Assembly (NCBI GenBank): GCA_028534125.1
Contig: CM052817.1
Location: 10,294,001-10,358,000 of the forward strand
Direction: 5' to 3'
Length of the DNA: 64,000 nt
From: Lama glama
Taxonomy: Eukaryota
The translations under genes and the position numbers were made by a program. The notes under the pieces were generated by a model. The model saw nothing but the letters and a program-made list of their open reading frames with translations. It searched no databases and was not told the origin of the DNA. This document shows positions 1 to 12,680 of the stretch, piece by piece. Position 1 is the stretch's first letter; every line of letters starts with the position of its first letter.

Positions 1-514
1 ACACCATGGGCATACATGTGATATGTACACCTGATTCAGAAGTTGTGAGGATTTAAAGAGAGAACATTGGTCCTGTTAACTGTGGCGTGCCTGGCTGAGT
101 AAGTGCTTAATAAATGGTAGTTTCCATGAATACACTCATTGTTGTTAACATGCCTTGCAGACCAGCTCTCATGAGATTCAATTCAACTACCATTTATTAA
201 CAGCAATAATGGCTGGGAATCTTCACTGGCATCCTCATTGACTGTGATCCGCGTCATGACCCTGTGAGTATTATCAGTGTGATGGGCATCACCGTGCCAA
301 TTTGGCAGATGGAGCAACCAGTACTCATTGTGAGTTAGTGATTCAGGAAAATTAAATGATTGATGTGAGGCAAAAATGATAAATGATAAATGACCCACAT
401 TTCTGCTCTGTGTCCACTGTACTATGCCGTCCTGTGTTTGAAAGAACTGGGAGAGTTAATTGCAGAAGAGTGTGTGAGGACAGAGAAGCTGTTCCCAAAT
501 GTTTGATGGAGAGA

Positions 515-1010
515 GGTGATGTGGCTTAGTGCTGATGACTAGGCTGTGGGGCCAGGTGATCTGTGTTTGAATCCAGCTCCATCACTTACTGAGTGACAGG
601 TCAGGTCTTTGTGTCCTCATCTGTAAAATGGGTTGTTGGGAGTATTAAATGGATGAACGTGTCTGAATTAGGGTCAACTTGGCCATTAGACATTATAGGC
701 ACCTGCCTGGGAGCCACAATGCTAAATTTTAGGGGCCCAGAAGAATATTTTTATTTCTTGTAAAACTAGAGGGGAAAAAATGAATTTTTAGGTGGAAGTA
801 AGAATTTAATACATGGTATTGATATATTCATGTTTATACTGATGCAGTCATAAAATATAATTTTATATTATTATTACTATTATTATTTTTTATGAAGGAA
901 GGGGCCTGTGAAGGCAAAGTATATAGAATTCTTGGGAGTTAGAATGCAGCCTCCTTAGGGAGTGTTTAGGCCAGAGCCTGGAATCATCCAGGGTCTGTAT
1001 TAAGCATTTA
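515..1010 (+). mobile_element. MIR SINE split by an ORSL-like insertion
   Basis: 5' part GTTTGAATCCAGCTCCATCACTTACT...CCTCATCTGTAAAATGGG; 3' part (GTGTTTAGGCCAGAGCCTGGAA...) resumes after 953. Confidence 0.75.
669..953 (-). mobile_element. ORSL-like hAT-Tip100 non-autonomous DNA transposon
   Basis: TAGGGTCAACTTGGCCATTAG...TTTTAGGGGCCCAG...GGAAGGGGCCTGTGAAGGCAAAGT...AATGCAGCC resembles the reverse complement of the recalled ORSL consensus; AT-rich core. Confidence 0.7.
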
Positions 1011-1867
1011 CCACGTCTAGGGGGCTCGGCAGAGCCAACTAAGAGCCACTGGGATTACCAGAGGTTCAACACAGCCACACATTCTCCCCTCTTTTCCTCT
1101 TTCCACAAGAATCTTTCTGCTTTATACACAACAAGATACAGGATGTGTCATTGACCAGACCATCTCTTAGGAAGGATGTCAGGAAAGTTCATGGGTTAGA
1201 AAGGCAGATCTCAAAGTGGGGCTGAACATGGGTGGGGCTGTTTTGGCTAAAACCTTGAAGACCTCCACTGTGACTCAGGAGTCTGTGGGGAGGTGGGACA
1301 AAGAAATGGTAGAAAAAGCTGGTGGGTGGACCCAGTGGGATGGCAAATGCCGTGTTCTGTGGATGTGATCTCCGGCCACGACCACCGCGCCCAGGTCTTC
1401 AGTAAAACCACAGAACTTACCTTCTCCAGCTCCACCCCTGGGTGGGGCCACTCCGACACACTCAAGGCCAAAGGCACAACATGATGCGGAGGAGTGGAGC
1501 TTGGGCCATAGAGATGACATTACAAATTCTTTAGTCCGTGGGATGCACTTGACTGTCTTGTTACTCAAAGTGGGTCTAGTGGCATCAGAGTTACTAGGAC
1601 ACCATCGCAGGTGCAGAATCTTGCACCTGTCACCCCCTCCCCACCCTGGGCTGCTGCACGTCAACGGGGCAGGTGCCCTGTGTGAACAGTCTAGTTTGAG
1701 AAGCTCTGTTCTCTTTCATAGGCCTCTTGGCCCCAGATGTACAGTGATTTGGGACCACCCACTGGAGAGAGGTTGCTGCCCCCTCTCCTTCTGAGAGAAA
1801 GGAGCAGAAAAGGAAAAGGGGAAGGAGACCAACTTCTTGACTTGAACCCCCTCTTTTGCTTTAAGTC

Positions 1868-2002
1868 AGTGTTTCAGCCTTGATCAAAATCATTTGAAGT
1901 CTAATTAAACCAGAAAGTCTGGGAGTGGGAATAGGGGCCAGTATGTTTTAATAAAGTTTATCCATGAGATTCTACCATGAGGCCAGATTTGAAAACCACT
2001 AA
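1868..2002. mobile_element. MER5-family hAT-Charlie MITE (degenerate)
   Basis: CAGTGTTTC start, TTTGAAAACCACTA end, internal AATTAAACCAGAAAGTCTGGGAGTGGG. Confidence 0.55.
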
Positions 2003-2206
2003 TCCAAGCCCTAAGCTAAAGGGGTCAAGGTCAAGGAATTTCAGTGTTCACTGCAGGTTCTTCAGCCCCTAGTGGAGACTCCCCTTACGGGGTGTTAGGA
2101 CCAGATCTCTGGCTACAGCGGAGGAATGATTTTGCCTGAAGTGTCCTCTCTACATAGATAGTGGCCACCACAGTAGGTGGCTGGTGGAGGGGAGGGACCA
2201 TGGCTG

Positions 2207-2822
2207 TGAGACAGGAGGGAAGGGGGCAGGGTGTAACCATTAAAAGAATGACACAGCAATTAACACCAAGATGGTGGAAGACTGAATTCCCAGTAGACCT
2301 TGAACTTCAATTTACGCTCATCGTAATATAATAGCTTGCTAAATGGCGCTCCCACAGGTGCCATGACAGTTTCAAGGCTGACCATAAAAGGTCAAAATGC
2401 GTGTGATGATCCTTTGCCTGGGAACCCCAGCCCCTTCCCCAACTGGTTGGAATAATTCTCCCACTTGTTAGCACATGAAGGTAAAGCCCATAGAAACTAA
2501 CGATACCACACCCAGTGGCTGATCTCATTTTCCTTGCCGACCCCGCGCTCTGAGGCCGCTGCTCTCCCCTCTGAGATGGCCCGCGTTCTGTCTATGGAAT
2601 GTTGTATGTCCTAGGCTGGTCTTTCTCTTGCCTTTTGAGATGGCCCACTGTCTATGGAGTGTGCATCTCTCTGTATAAACCTACCTTTGCTCAACTGTGG
2701 CTTACCCTTGAATTCTTTACTGTGTGAAGCCAGTGACCTTCACTTGGTGTGGTGTGTCCCAGGAACTTAACCGAGACCCGGGACACAGCCATCTTCTCGC
2801 ATTCTATGTTCTTCCTGTATCA
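2207..2822 (+). mobile_element. ERV1 solo LTR, MER41-like
   Basis: TG...CA termini (TGAGACAGG...CCTGTATCA); perfect 4-bp TSD GCTG (2203-2206 / 2823-2826); MER41-type motifs CCAAGATGG, GCCATGACAGTT, CTGTCTATGGAG, TTGAATTCTTT. Confidence 0.85.
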
Positions 2823-3699
2823 GCTGTTTTTCTGTCTTTGAGGACCACTTGCTCTGGGGCTGGTTCTGCTCTCATCTTGTATGGGATAAAAGCAGCAGGA
2901 AGAATGTGGAGCCAGTGGAGGGAAGACATCTGAGTGGGAAGTGTCGTGATGCTTTTAGTATCTGGGCAAAGTGAAGATTTCCTGTGGAGGCCAGGAGGCA
3001 GGGCAGGACTAGATAGATGTCCGTGTCAGTGGCAAGTGAGCCTCTGCGAATCTGATTCCTGGATCTGTTTCAATATCAAGCTTTCTGTTTTGTGGATGAA
3101 AAGAAAAAAAAAAAAACCAAGCAATGAGATGGGGTTTTGGGACCTATGCAACAAGTATCCGTTACTCTATAATTTTTGAAGTGGACAAAATGTCACACTT
3201 CTCAATTTGTGGAAACTGAATCAGCTCTGGCTCAGAGTCGCTGCACACCCAGGTCCGTGAGAAGCCCGGTAAGAGCCGCTGGACGGGGCTCCTGCCGGTG
3301 CCGTGCGCACTGCGGTGCTGCGGGGCGGGAGGGCTCTAAGTCACCAGCCCGCCTGCTCACGCTCCTCCTGCTTCACGAGGCAGGGGTTGGGTGGGAAGCT
3401 GCTCCTTCCATGTCGTTTGGGGCATCTGTTCCCGATGGACCTCCAATATGCCTCAACTCAGATGATGCCATACTTTGGGGACCCTTATTTGGTCCCCTGG
3501 AGTCACTGTGCATGGTGACTGGACTCCCCGTATGAGCCACCTCATGCCCCCCATCCTGCTGGTTCTGGAGTCATAACCGAGCGTGGACCCCAGCCTCCAC
3601 CCTGGTGCATCCTTACACCCCGTGTCCTCCCCTGTCCTGGGCGCTCCAGGTCCCCAGTAATGAGACGCCGCTCCTCCCTTTCCCCTCAGAGCACAAAAG

Positions 3700-3998
3700 C
3701 CTTGGCCCAGAATGGTGGCCACCAGCCCCACGTGGCTGCTCTACTGGGCCCCTGAGATGCAGGCAGTCCAAACTGCGACGTGCCATCTCTAAGTGTAAGA
3801 CAGACACCATGTTTTGAAGGCTTGGTATCAAAGAACTGTAAATTATACCAATAATAATTTTAATGTTGGTCCCATGATGAAATAATATTTTAGATATATG
3901 GGACTAAGTAAACAATTTTACCAGTTTCTTTTTACTCTTTAAAATGTTTATGAGAAAAGCTAACATTCCCACATGGCCCACATTATTCCTAGTGAACT
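3700..3998 (-). mobile_element. MER33 hAT-Charlie MITE
   Basis: GTGGCCACCAGCCCCACGTGGCT...AAGTGTAAGACAGACACC...TAATATTTTAGATATATGGG...GGCCCACATTAT matches MER33 reverse complement. Confidence 0.7.
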
Positions 3999-4249
3999 TC
4001 TTCTTAGAACAAAAAGCCGGGCCTCAAGCACAAGTGGGCTGCTAACTCAGCCAGCCCACCCTTGTTTCTGCCCGGCCTTTCCCGGGAAGCCCCGAGCTTC
4101 GTACACAGGCACCTGCTGCCCTGGCCTCCTGTGAGGGGTGGAGGAGGAGGATGGAGATCCTTTCATCTTTTTTTCTGCCATGTCAGGAAGGGAAAAGGGT
4201 TACTAACTTGTGAGCAAATGTCTTGGCCTCTTTGACTCTTAATCTTCTC

Positions 4250-4335
4250 TCTCATTTTACAGATGAGGCGGCTGAAGCCCAGAGAGGGCAAACGACCTAC
4301 CTCAAGCCACACGGAGAGTTACAGGAGGGCAGAAG
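4250..4335 (-). mobile_element. MIR fragment
   Basis: CTCATTTTACAGATGAGGCGGCTGAAGCCCAGAGAGG (MIR core, reverse orientation). Confidence 0.65.
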
Positions 4336-5449
4336 CTCCAGGGCCCCTGTGCACACCAGTGTCTGTGGCCACCTCCCAAAGGAAGAGAAAGCAGCAGGCA
4401 GAGTTGGAGAGGAAGTGGGGTCCCCCCTGGAAGGGGGGGACCACATGCCCTGACTTTTGAGATGCTTCTGGAGTGACCGTGTTGATGGCCAGTGACGATC
4501 TTTCCCTTTCGCCATCTTGATTCTTCTGATTTACATTTTTACTGGTCTCAACTTTCAATTCTTATTTCTATAGAAATGATTTTAGTCCTGTTTTCTTATT
4601 TATTACTATTTTTGCTGCCATTTGTTTTAAATTCCTTGTGAAATGAGGCAGGGTGCAAACAACCAAATAAAACACAAATCACAGTGATTCCTGTGTTGTC
4701 CTCTTTTAGTGTTGCCTCCTGGAGGGTCTCCCCTGGGAGAAGGCGGAGGCAGGGGCTCCGTCGCTCACACAGCACTCGGCGGCATACGGCCAGGGGGGTT
4801 ATGGGAGGATGGATGAATTTCACTTAATAAAATACAGACCAGCCTCGAGGTGAAAGGTTGTGAGAGAGCCCTTGGTAGATCTGGAGGGATGTTGAAAGAC
4901 ACAGGATCTGGTTCAAGTCCTGGCAAGATCCCGTTACAGCTTCAGTTTCCTCCCCACTTTCCCACTCCTCGGGGGCTCACTGTGCTTTTCTGCATGAGAA
5001 ATTCTAGGAGAAGAGGATTGTATTTCTCGGTAGAGTTTCATGAAGACTTGGGTCTAACTTTACCCTTGTCCTTATCTGCAAGCAACAATAAAGGTTTTGC
5101 AGGCAGACCAGGATATCTTTTTAGACTGTAATAAAAACGCTTGAACGCTCCAGCTTGCTTTGTGACGTCCTCAACATCACCACAGCACCGGAGCTGAGGA
5201 AGAGTCCTGGAGCCCAGGACTTCATTGCTTACGGTTGCTGGAGGAGCAAAGCATATCAGAAGAGTCTGATCACAGAGAGCTCATTTTCACTGTATCAGCA
5301 CTTCCTTTAAAGAGCACATCTTTAAACAGAATCTTTTAGGAAGAATGGATTAGATGGTTACTCCCTGGAAGGCAGATGAATTACTTTTACATGGGGACTC
5401 AGTTATTTCACCTTTTAGAAGGCCATAGCATCATGGTCACGTGCGCCGT

Positions 5450-5666
5450 GTTTTCTGAGTGCCTGTTTTTTGTGCTGGGCACTGTGCTAGGCTACTGACA
5501 TCCTTTATCTTATTGAGTCTTCATTGTACTCTGTGGATTCTGTGTTATTGTTCTCATTTTACAGATAAAGAAACTGAGGCTCAGGGAGGTGATGACTTAA
5601 CTGTGGTCTCATGGCTAGAGGTGGGAGTGTAGGGTTTCAGACAAGGTCCGTCCATCTTCAAAGCCA
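5450..5666 (-). mobile_element. MIR SINE
   Basis: GGCACTGTGCTAGG...CATTTTACAGATAAAGAAACTGAGGCTCAGGGAGG. Confidence 0.8.
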
Positions 5667-5853
5667 GATCAGGACAGGGAGTAGGGCCAGATGCACGCTG
5701 ATTCCCCTTCCAGTTCTGAAACCAGCACTGCTGATTCTAATATGATTTACAAAATCAAACCTGATGGACCACATTCCGTTGACACACTCGCCCCTCAAAG
5801 TTCTCCATATTGTCATCAAGTGGGCACACTTTTGCTAAAAACAGGCAGAGAGA

Positions 5854-5893
5854 ACCAGAGAAGGCATGAGGGACCAGAGAAGGCATGAGGGAC
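5854..5893. repeat. perfect 19-bp tandem duplication
   Basis: ACCAGAGAAGGCATGAGGG x2. Confidence 0.9.
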
Positions 5894-8800
5894 GAGGGAA
5901 GGCTGAATCCTGAGCTGCCTTCCCCAAGGGTGGAAAGTGGACAAATGTCCAGGGAAACACTAAGCTCCCCAAAGCCAATCACTAGTCCAGGTGGTCCTCA
6001 TGGGACCGTGAGCCACCCTGTGGGATCTGTTGTCCCCAAACAGCTCCCCTCCCCTCAAATTACCTTTTTGTGCTGTAACCTGGTCCCAAGGCTTTTTCAC
6101 CTGGTAATCTCAGCCCTCAAGAACCAGCTCGGTTGTGCTTTCTTCTAGGATGTCTTTTTTGTCTCGCTCTCTCATCCTTTACCACCCTGAGAAGACTTCA
6201 TCATCCCAGTGCTGGGCTTCTGTAGCCTGCTCTTAATTTCTGGGCCCACCATGGATGCACCCAGCAGAGCAATTTGCAGTTGTCAGGAAGCCCTTGCCCG
6301 AGGATTCACAGCGTCTATGGAAGGTCTGCATCTTCTGCCAAATGTGAGGGTCACTACCAGTGGAAAAGCAGATAAACAAGCGACTTGCTTTCTTTCTCAA
6401 TCCCCTTCTGCACGACGAGATGGGGCACTGTATTTCAAAATGACGAGTCTTCTCTAAATTCAGAAAACGAAAGGCAAGTGTTACTTTGCTAATGATGTGA
6501 ACCTGAGTTTAACAGCGTGGTGAATGGTATAGAGCGCGGGTGTCGGGCTAAGAGGAGAGGCCAAGGCTCCGAGACTGGGAGCTAAAGAGGGTGCAAGCAA
6601 AACCCCAAGCGGCAGATAAGCGAGGTGCAAGGGAAACCCCAGTGGGGAACAGGCAACCCCCTCCATCTTTTTGGAAGAGTTCTTGCTGCCTGCTGAGTTG
6701 CTGGCATTTTGTGTGGTAGAGATGGAAAGCCAGCTAGAAAGAAAGATGTTTGAGAGGAGAGAGGGAATGAAGTGAAGAAAAGGGCTATGGAGGCTACAGA
6801 GAGCTGACCTTCAGGGTTTTAGACACAGATACAGGCGAAGTAGGGTAGGAGACACATGGAGAGGAGACAAAAGAGGGAAAAAGAACTGAAAGAAGCATGG
6901 GAAAAGACTGTGAACCTGATCATCTTTAAAGTTATGTAAGAGCTGCACAGTTCGAAGTCAGCCTCGTTGCTTTTTACCGCCAGGTGTTCACGTGTGACAC
7001 CGAGACTAGGTGCCCAGCGACGGGTCACGGGTCTGTCTGTCACAGAAGGAGAAAGATGGTCCATGAGTGTGAAGGAGGAGACTGCTGCCCTAGGGCTGAG
7101 GAGCGAGGCGGGATGAGGAAGCCCTAGGAACAGAGAAGCCAAGGGATGGAGCCTGCCGCCGCCGCCAGCTTTTTGGGTTGGAGTGGGTCTTTTGCGTACG
7201 GCTTGCTGGCTTGCTGAGATGGCATGTCAGCCAGCCAGGCCAGACCTCTCACCAGACTGGGAAGAGTGTAATATTTTATGGGGCACTGGCCTTCAGGGAA
7301 GTAAGGACTGTGTCTGATATGATAGGTTTGGATGTGTAAGCCTTGCCTGGGGTCACTTTTGGAAGTCGGGGATGGAGAGGACAGGGCTGCCATACACAAC
7401 AGTGCAAATGTAAATGTGGGCAGAGGGAGGGTGAGAGGGGAGAAAAGCAGGAGAGAAGTCAGTGGGCCGCCCGGCAGGGGCGTGGCGAGCAGTGACAATT
7501 CTACGATGCTGAAACGGCCAAAGGATATTTACAAAAGAAAATTGTTCTAACGTTCACTTTAAAATTGTTTGTTTTTCCATGATGCAAACACATTCTCCAG
7601 CTCCCCTGGGCTCCCCTTCAGACACTCACTAAAATACACTACCCATGTGCACGCAGGTGTCTTGTGTGAGCTTTCAGTTGTCAGCTGTTGCAGTGGAGCC
7701 CGGGTTTGAATCTCACCTCTGGATTAAGACGCAGAACACTGCTTCAGCAGAAGCAAGATCTTAGAGGCAGAGAAGCTCACAAGAATGGAATTGTCCCACA
7801 CCACCCCATTTTTGGAAATATTGGCAGAAATTTTGAGATTTTTATAGGCTATAAAAATAAACGTTCCAGCGTTATCAAGGTTTCAAGGGTCTGGGAGACA
7901 CCAGCAGACATTTCTGGTTACACGTTATCGGATAAGTCTTTCTTTGCTTCTTTTTTTCCTCCCTTTCTCCTTCCTTCTGGCTTTTCTTCCCTCCCTCCCT
8001 CCTCTCTCCCTGTCTCCCTTGTTATTTGTCTCATCTTAACACCCATGAACAAGAATCTACATGTAAAACTACAGGTAGGCCGAGAAAAATTTTACAAACC
8101 CTCTTCCAGGAAGTTTTACCCACCAAGAGGAGGCAGAGTTTGGAAAAGCAGCAGCTAGGAAACTGCTTATTGCTTTAATGAGACAAATCCTCCTGAATTT
8201 TCTGTTAATTTTGGGTAAGAAGCCACTATACAAGATACAATACGAGAGAAATTAGTATGTATATGAAATGTACATAAATATTTTATCTTAATTTTGCAAA
8301 AACATTTCCTGTTGAGTAGACTGTAGTCGGCAAAGCCGTTGAATGACACACCTTAGCTCACGATTACTCAGATAAATCTTCCAGCAAGCCGACTTATCAG
8401 ATCGCATGCCAGGAGTCATACAGTGTCTTGTACTGTCATATAAACTGTCTTTATCCGTCTCCCCCATCACATCCAGCTCTGTTAACCCCTGGGTGCCCAT
8501 GGAGTGCTGCTGGTCTTGGAAATGCACTGTTATTTTTATGGCCATGTTAATATCTAATCTGGCCGTATGTATTTCAGGCTTTCCTCACAGTACTTGAGTG
8601 ATCTGGGCACCTACCAGAAGCTTCCCGATAAAATACTGCCTTCTCTGCTACAGTAGACTTCTAGTTTATTTTTTAACTAACTCACTTGACATTTAATAGG
8701 AGGTTTTAAGGCCATATCTGATTGAAGCCTTGTAAGTTCTAGTTTTGCCAACACTCTGGGCCCATCACCGACCTTGGGGTTTTCTGGGGAGAGGATGCAC

Positions 8801-9224
8801 CGACTTGCCAGCGTGCTGCGCCTTGTTGCTTTATTCACTCTGTGTATCAAAATGATACAAAACCAAAACCAGACTGGGGTAGCCAACTAATAAATTCACT
8901 GACACATGATAAGCTGAGAGTGTCTTAACCTGGAGGCAAATCTTGAGTTTGTAGGTAGAGTGTAGGAGCCGCGCTCCTAGCAGGGGAAAAGAAAGAAAAC
9001 ACAAACCCTTTCAGATATTAGCTTATCACAGTTTGGGATTTTTAAAAATTGGGGGAAAAAAATCACTGGATCAATGATATCTCTTTTCTAAGCTGATGTA
9101 AAAGAAAAACAAAAGGGGCTTCTGGTTTATTTATTTTTTTTCTTTGCAAATCTGAGCATCCTTGAGGAGGCAAAGGAAAGGGGCTAGGCCATCCCTCAGC
9201 TTCACAAGTGAAATCTAAGCAAGA

Positions 9225-9375
9225 AGCCTTCACCCACATTCTCTCTCTTACATCTCAGTCCTGCGCGGAAGGTATCAGTATTCCCATTGCGCAGATGAGG
9301 AAACTGAGGCCTGGGAGGCAGAGGTGGGACATATGGTCACACATCTCAATCCTTCTGACTCTCCAGCTCATCATC
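9225..9375 (-). mobile_element. MIR fragment
   Basis: CCCATTGCGCAGATGAGGAAACTGAGGCC. Confidence 0.7.
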
Positions 9376-9779
9376 TTGCTGCTCTGCCCAGCTCACCCTG
9401 AGCTTTCCTCGTACTTACACCTCTGTCTTTTTAGGCTCCTCTGGACATCGCTTCAAAATTCAGGAAACCCTGTGACAGCTCTCCAAGCAGTGCATCCACC
9501 TTCCTGAACAGCATCTCACCTTGAGTAGGACGTAAAGAAGTCAAGTCAGACCAGCTCTCTGCTCGGTCTTCTTTCCAGAACGGCGTTTGTTTTCTGAACG
9601 TTGTTGATTTCATAGCTCTCCCCTGCTGCCTCCTGGCTTCTGCTCAGATAATTCCTTCTGTTGTTCCCCTTCCGGATTCCACTTCCATTCCTTCCATGCT
9701 GGGAAGTCTTGCTTTTAAAGATTCAAAGAAAACCTCTCTATTCTAATGCAGCCTTGACGTAAAAAAAGGGAAACAATTT

Positions 9780-10100
9780 GCAAGGGTCATGTAGTGAGCT
9801 GGGAGAGAGACAGATGCTCTCTTGCTGTGCTGGCGGGTATGTTCCCTGATGAAACTATTTTGCAAAGGAATTGTGGGAACCTTTGAACTTGGTTATTAAT
9901 TATATTTCCTGAAATCTATCTTTAAAATAATCATTTCAAAGTTAGAAAGAACTTTATGCATAAAGAGATTCACCACTGTGTTGTTTTCAGTGATGGTGAA
10001 AAAACGGGCACCAACCTAAACTGTCCAACAGCTGGATAATGGTTATGTAAACATAATGCATCTACCAATAAACATTGTGGAACTGTTAAAACTGACGTTT
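9780..10100 (+). mobile_element. ancient LINE-1 (L1M/L1ME-type) ORF2-end/3' fragment
   Basis: TATGCATAAAGAGATTCACCACTGTGTTGTTT...CAACCTAAACTGTCCAACAGCTGGATAATGGTT resembles the L1 ORF2 C-terminal coding region. Confidence 0.6.
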
Positions 10101-11292
10101 CTGCAAGTTTCAACTTTAATGTGACAAATCAGACACATGTATTGACATCATGTCTTCTCCAAATCTAACTCAAGTGACAGTAAAGGGGTAAAAAAGCACA
10201 GAACCATGGGATCTAAGAAGATGAGAGAGGCAACTAAAGCAGGCGGGAGGTATCAATACATTTTTAAAAGCTGAAAAGATTTACTGTTTTTACCTGGGTT
10301 ATGGACCTGCAGTGCCCGTGGGGGTGAAGATAAGGAGAAAACAGATGCATCTTACGAACTTGGAAAGGGGTTCTGGGCATCAGGTAACACTGAAGGCAGG
10401 GAATCTGAGAAGCTGAGAGCAGGACGTATCGTCAAAAGTTTTCATGGAAGCAGTAAGAGCCTAGATCTTTTCTCTCCTGCCCCACCTGGTAGAAAACGGG
10501 AGGTTTACTTTTAGCTGAGGGTAATATGTGGGCTAAAAGTGTGGACTGAGTGGGAATCCATATATTTGACTCATCTATAGATGAATATTTTGAGAAGAAA
10601 TTGAAGATGCTTCGAATACCCTTCTGCAAGATAGAGTCACAAAAGTGAACTTTCAGGGCGTGCTCCTCTCTTTGAATTAATCAGCCAAGGGGAAGCCAGG
10701 AATTCGAACAAATTAGCCCATGTTGCCAATGTCAGAGTTGGAAATAGTGTTACCCACTGTGGGCTCCAGAATCACAGACTTTGAGTCAGAAGAGGTCTTA
10801 GAGTCTCCTTCCCAGTCTGACCAATCTCAGATGGGTTAGTTAGTAGCACCATTTAGCACCAACCTGATTATTTTTTATGCACACAATATGTATATATGTA
10901 TACTCTGGCTGTATAAAACATTATTATACCATAAGCGTCTCCCACTGGAACTCTTTGGGGCAAGAATGGCCCCATCATCTGGAGAGTTAGCTCTAGTTGT
11001 CGAAGGACCTGTGGGTCTTTGGTAGCTTCACTCTGACATCCTCTTTTTTCAACTTCTCTAGACTACAGGTGTCTGGGTGTTTATGAAGACTCTTTTGGAG
11101 AACGGCTGTGATGAAGGGAAAGGCTTCTGTAATGGAGAGAAGGCTGAAGGTGAGAAAACCACAGCCTGTGAAACAGACAGTCTAGATTCCCATCACGCTT
11201 CATGTGCATTGCCCTTTGTCACGTCCTGATCTGTCTTCTTAAAGGTTTCTGTTTAGCATCAGCCATGTGAGGGCATCAAGAAGAGGACTGAA

Positions 11293-11440
11293 GTGGGCGG
11301 TATGGCTCAGCAGTAGAGTGTGTACTTAGCAGGCACGAGGTCCTGGGTTCAATCCCCAGTGCCTCCATTAAAATGAATGAATGAATGAATGAATGAATAA
11401 ATAAATAAATAAATAAATTTATTCCTCTAACCCCTCCAAA
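11293..11440 (+). mobile_element. camelid tRNA-derived SINE
   Basis: A-box TGGCTCAGCAGTAGAG, B-box GGTTCAATCCC, (AATG)n/(AATA)n tail; degenerate TSD GAAGAGGACTGA / GAAGAGAATTGA. Confidence 0.85.
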
Positions 11441-11937
11441 GGAAGAGAATTGAGTGAATTTAGCATAGTACTTTGTTTACCAATGAGAAAAGGAAGGCAT
11501 AGGGTATAGAAAGATTAATGTTCGTTCTCAGTCATTCAGCGCTGACAAGAGCAGTCTATTGTCTCTCTGCTCAGTCCCCCAAATTGTGAAGTGTCTTATG
11601 GTTTGAAATAAGTAGATCTTTACCAAGAAGCTCTGGTGCTTCTGAAACTAGAATCTGAGAACACTCTTTGACCCCAATTAATTCAATCATAGCTGATTTA
11701 TTCAAGCCAGTCTCACCATGGTTGGTACAATGGCCTATTTGATTGTACATGATTCACATCAAATACTAAGTCAGCCAACAAAACCAGGGTATCTGTGTGG
11801 TAGTCTGTTCTCTTATGTATATGAATGTAAGTTTAATCTTGTGGACATAAACATGAGCAAAGACAATTTTCCTTTTGAAGTGGTGTTCTACCATCAGAGT
11901 TGCCTAGGACACCTCCAAGAAGTAACTGCTCTTAGAG

Positions 11938-12139
11938 CAGGGGTCGGGAGTCAGCAAACTATGACCCATGGGCCAAATTCAGCCCGTGGCCTATCTTTAT
12001 AAATAAAGTTTTATTGGAGCACAAGCACTCTCATTCTTTTACCTGTGACTGCTTTCACAAATGGCAAAGTTGAGCAGTTGTGACAGAGACTAAAATATTT
12101 ATCATCTGGCCCTTTACAGAAGGTGCTCACCATTCCCTG
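11938..12139 (+). mobile_element. MER58A hAT-Charlie MITE
   Basis: CAGGGG...CAGCAAACTATGACCCATGGGCCAAATTCAGCCC...AAATAAAGTTTTATTGGA...CTGGCCCTTTACAGAA...CCCTG; 8-bp TSD TCTTAGAG / TGTCAGAG. Confidence 0.85.
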
Positions 12140-12284
12140 TGTCAGAGCGTGCTTTTTTGTTTCAGGATCTGGGTGCATCTTGGATGTTGACTGATTTAAA
12201 AATCAGCTCTTTCTGAAGTCTTTTTTCAATTTTACCTCCCTGAATACAGAAACATTCCAGAGGCAAAAAATGTATCATGCCCAG

Positions 12285-12430
12285 ATGTTTCCAAATGGGA
12301 CTGACTGGAATTACCTGGGGGACCTTTACAATAGAAATTTTCTAGGCTATTCCCAGAGACTGTGAGCCAATAGATCTGGATAGGGCTTGAGAAACTTACT
12401 TTAATATAAATGATTCTGGTGCACAGATAG
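12285..12430. mobile_element. MER5-family MITE (degenerate)
   Basis: GGAATTACCTGGGGGACCTTT...GATCTGGATAGGGCTTGAGAA...TGATTCTGGTGCACAG. Confidence 0.5.
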
Positions 12431-12504
12431 GAGGAAGAAGCACATGGAAAACACCAGGGAAGCATGTGGAGGTTGGAGATGGAACGAGCAGGCTGTGAAC
12501 AGTG

Positions 12505-12680
12505 ACTTGGTCTTACTGTGTGACCTTGGGCAGATCACTCCATGAAACCTTGGTTATCTCATCTGTAAAATGGAAACAGCAATTCTTCCCGCACAGGGCT
12601 AGTTTGAGGACCAGATGAGATAATGGCTGTAAAATGCCTAGCACCATGCCTGCACATACTAGACACTGGGTTAATGTTCG
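12505..12680 (+). mobile_element. MIR SINE
   Basis: TGTGTGACCTTGGGCAGATCACT...CTCATCTGTAAAATGG...TGAGATAATG...CCTAGCACCATGCCTG. Confidence 0.8.

Noticed and set aside
5854..5893. CRISPR-like or functional repeat array (also 33919-33968 and 37131-37150)
   Set aside because: Only two adjacent copies with no spacers; ordinary slippage duplications in eukaryotic DNA.
11293..11370. tRNA genes here and at 21733 and 58977
   Set aside because: A/B boxes are present, but divergent stems, A-rich tails and (in two copies) TSDs identify them as tRNA-derived SINEs.
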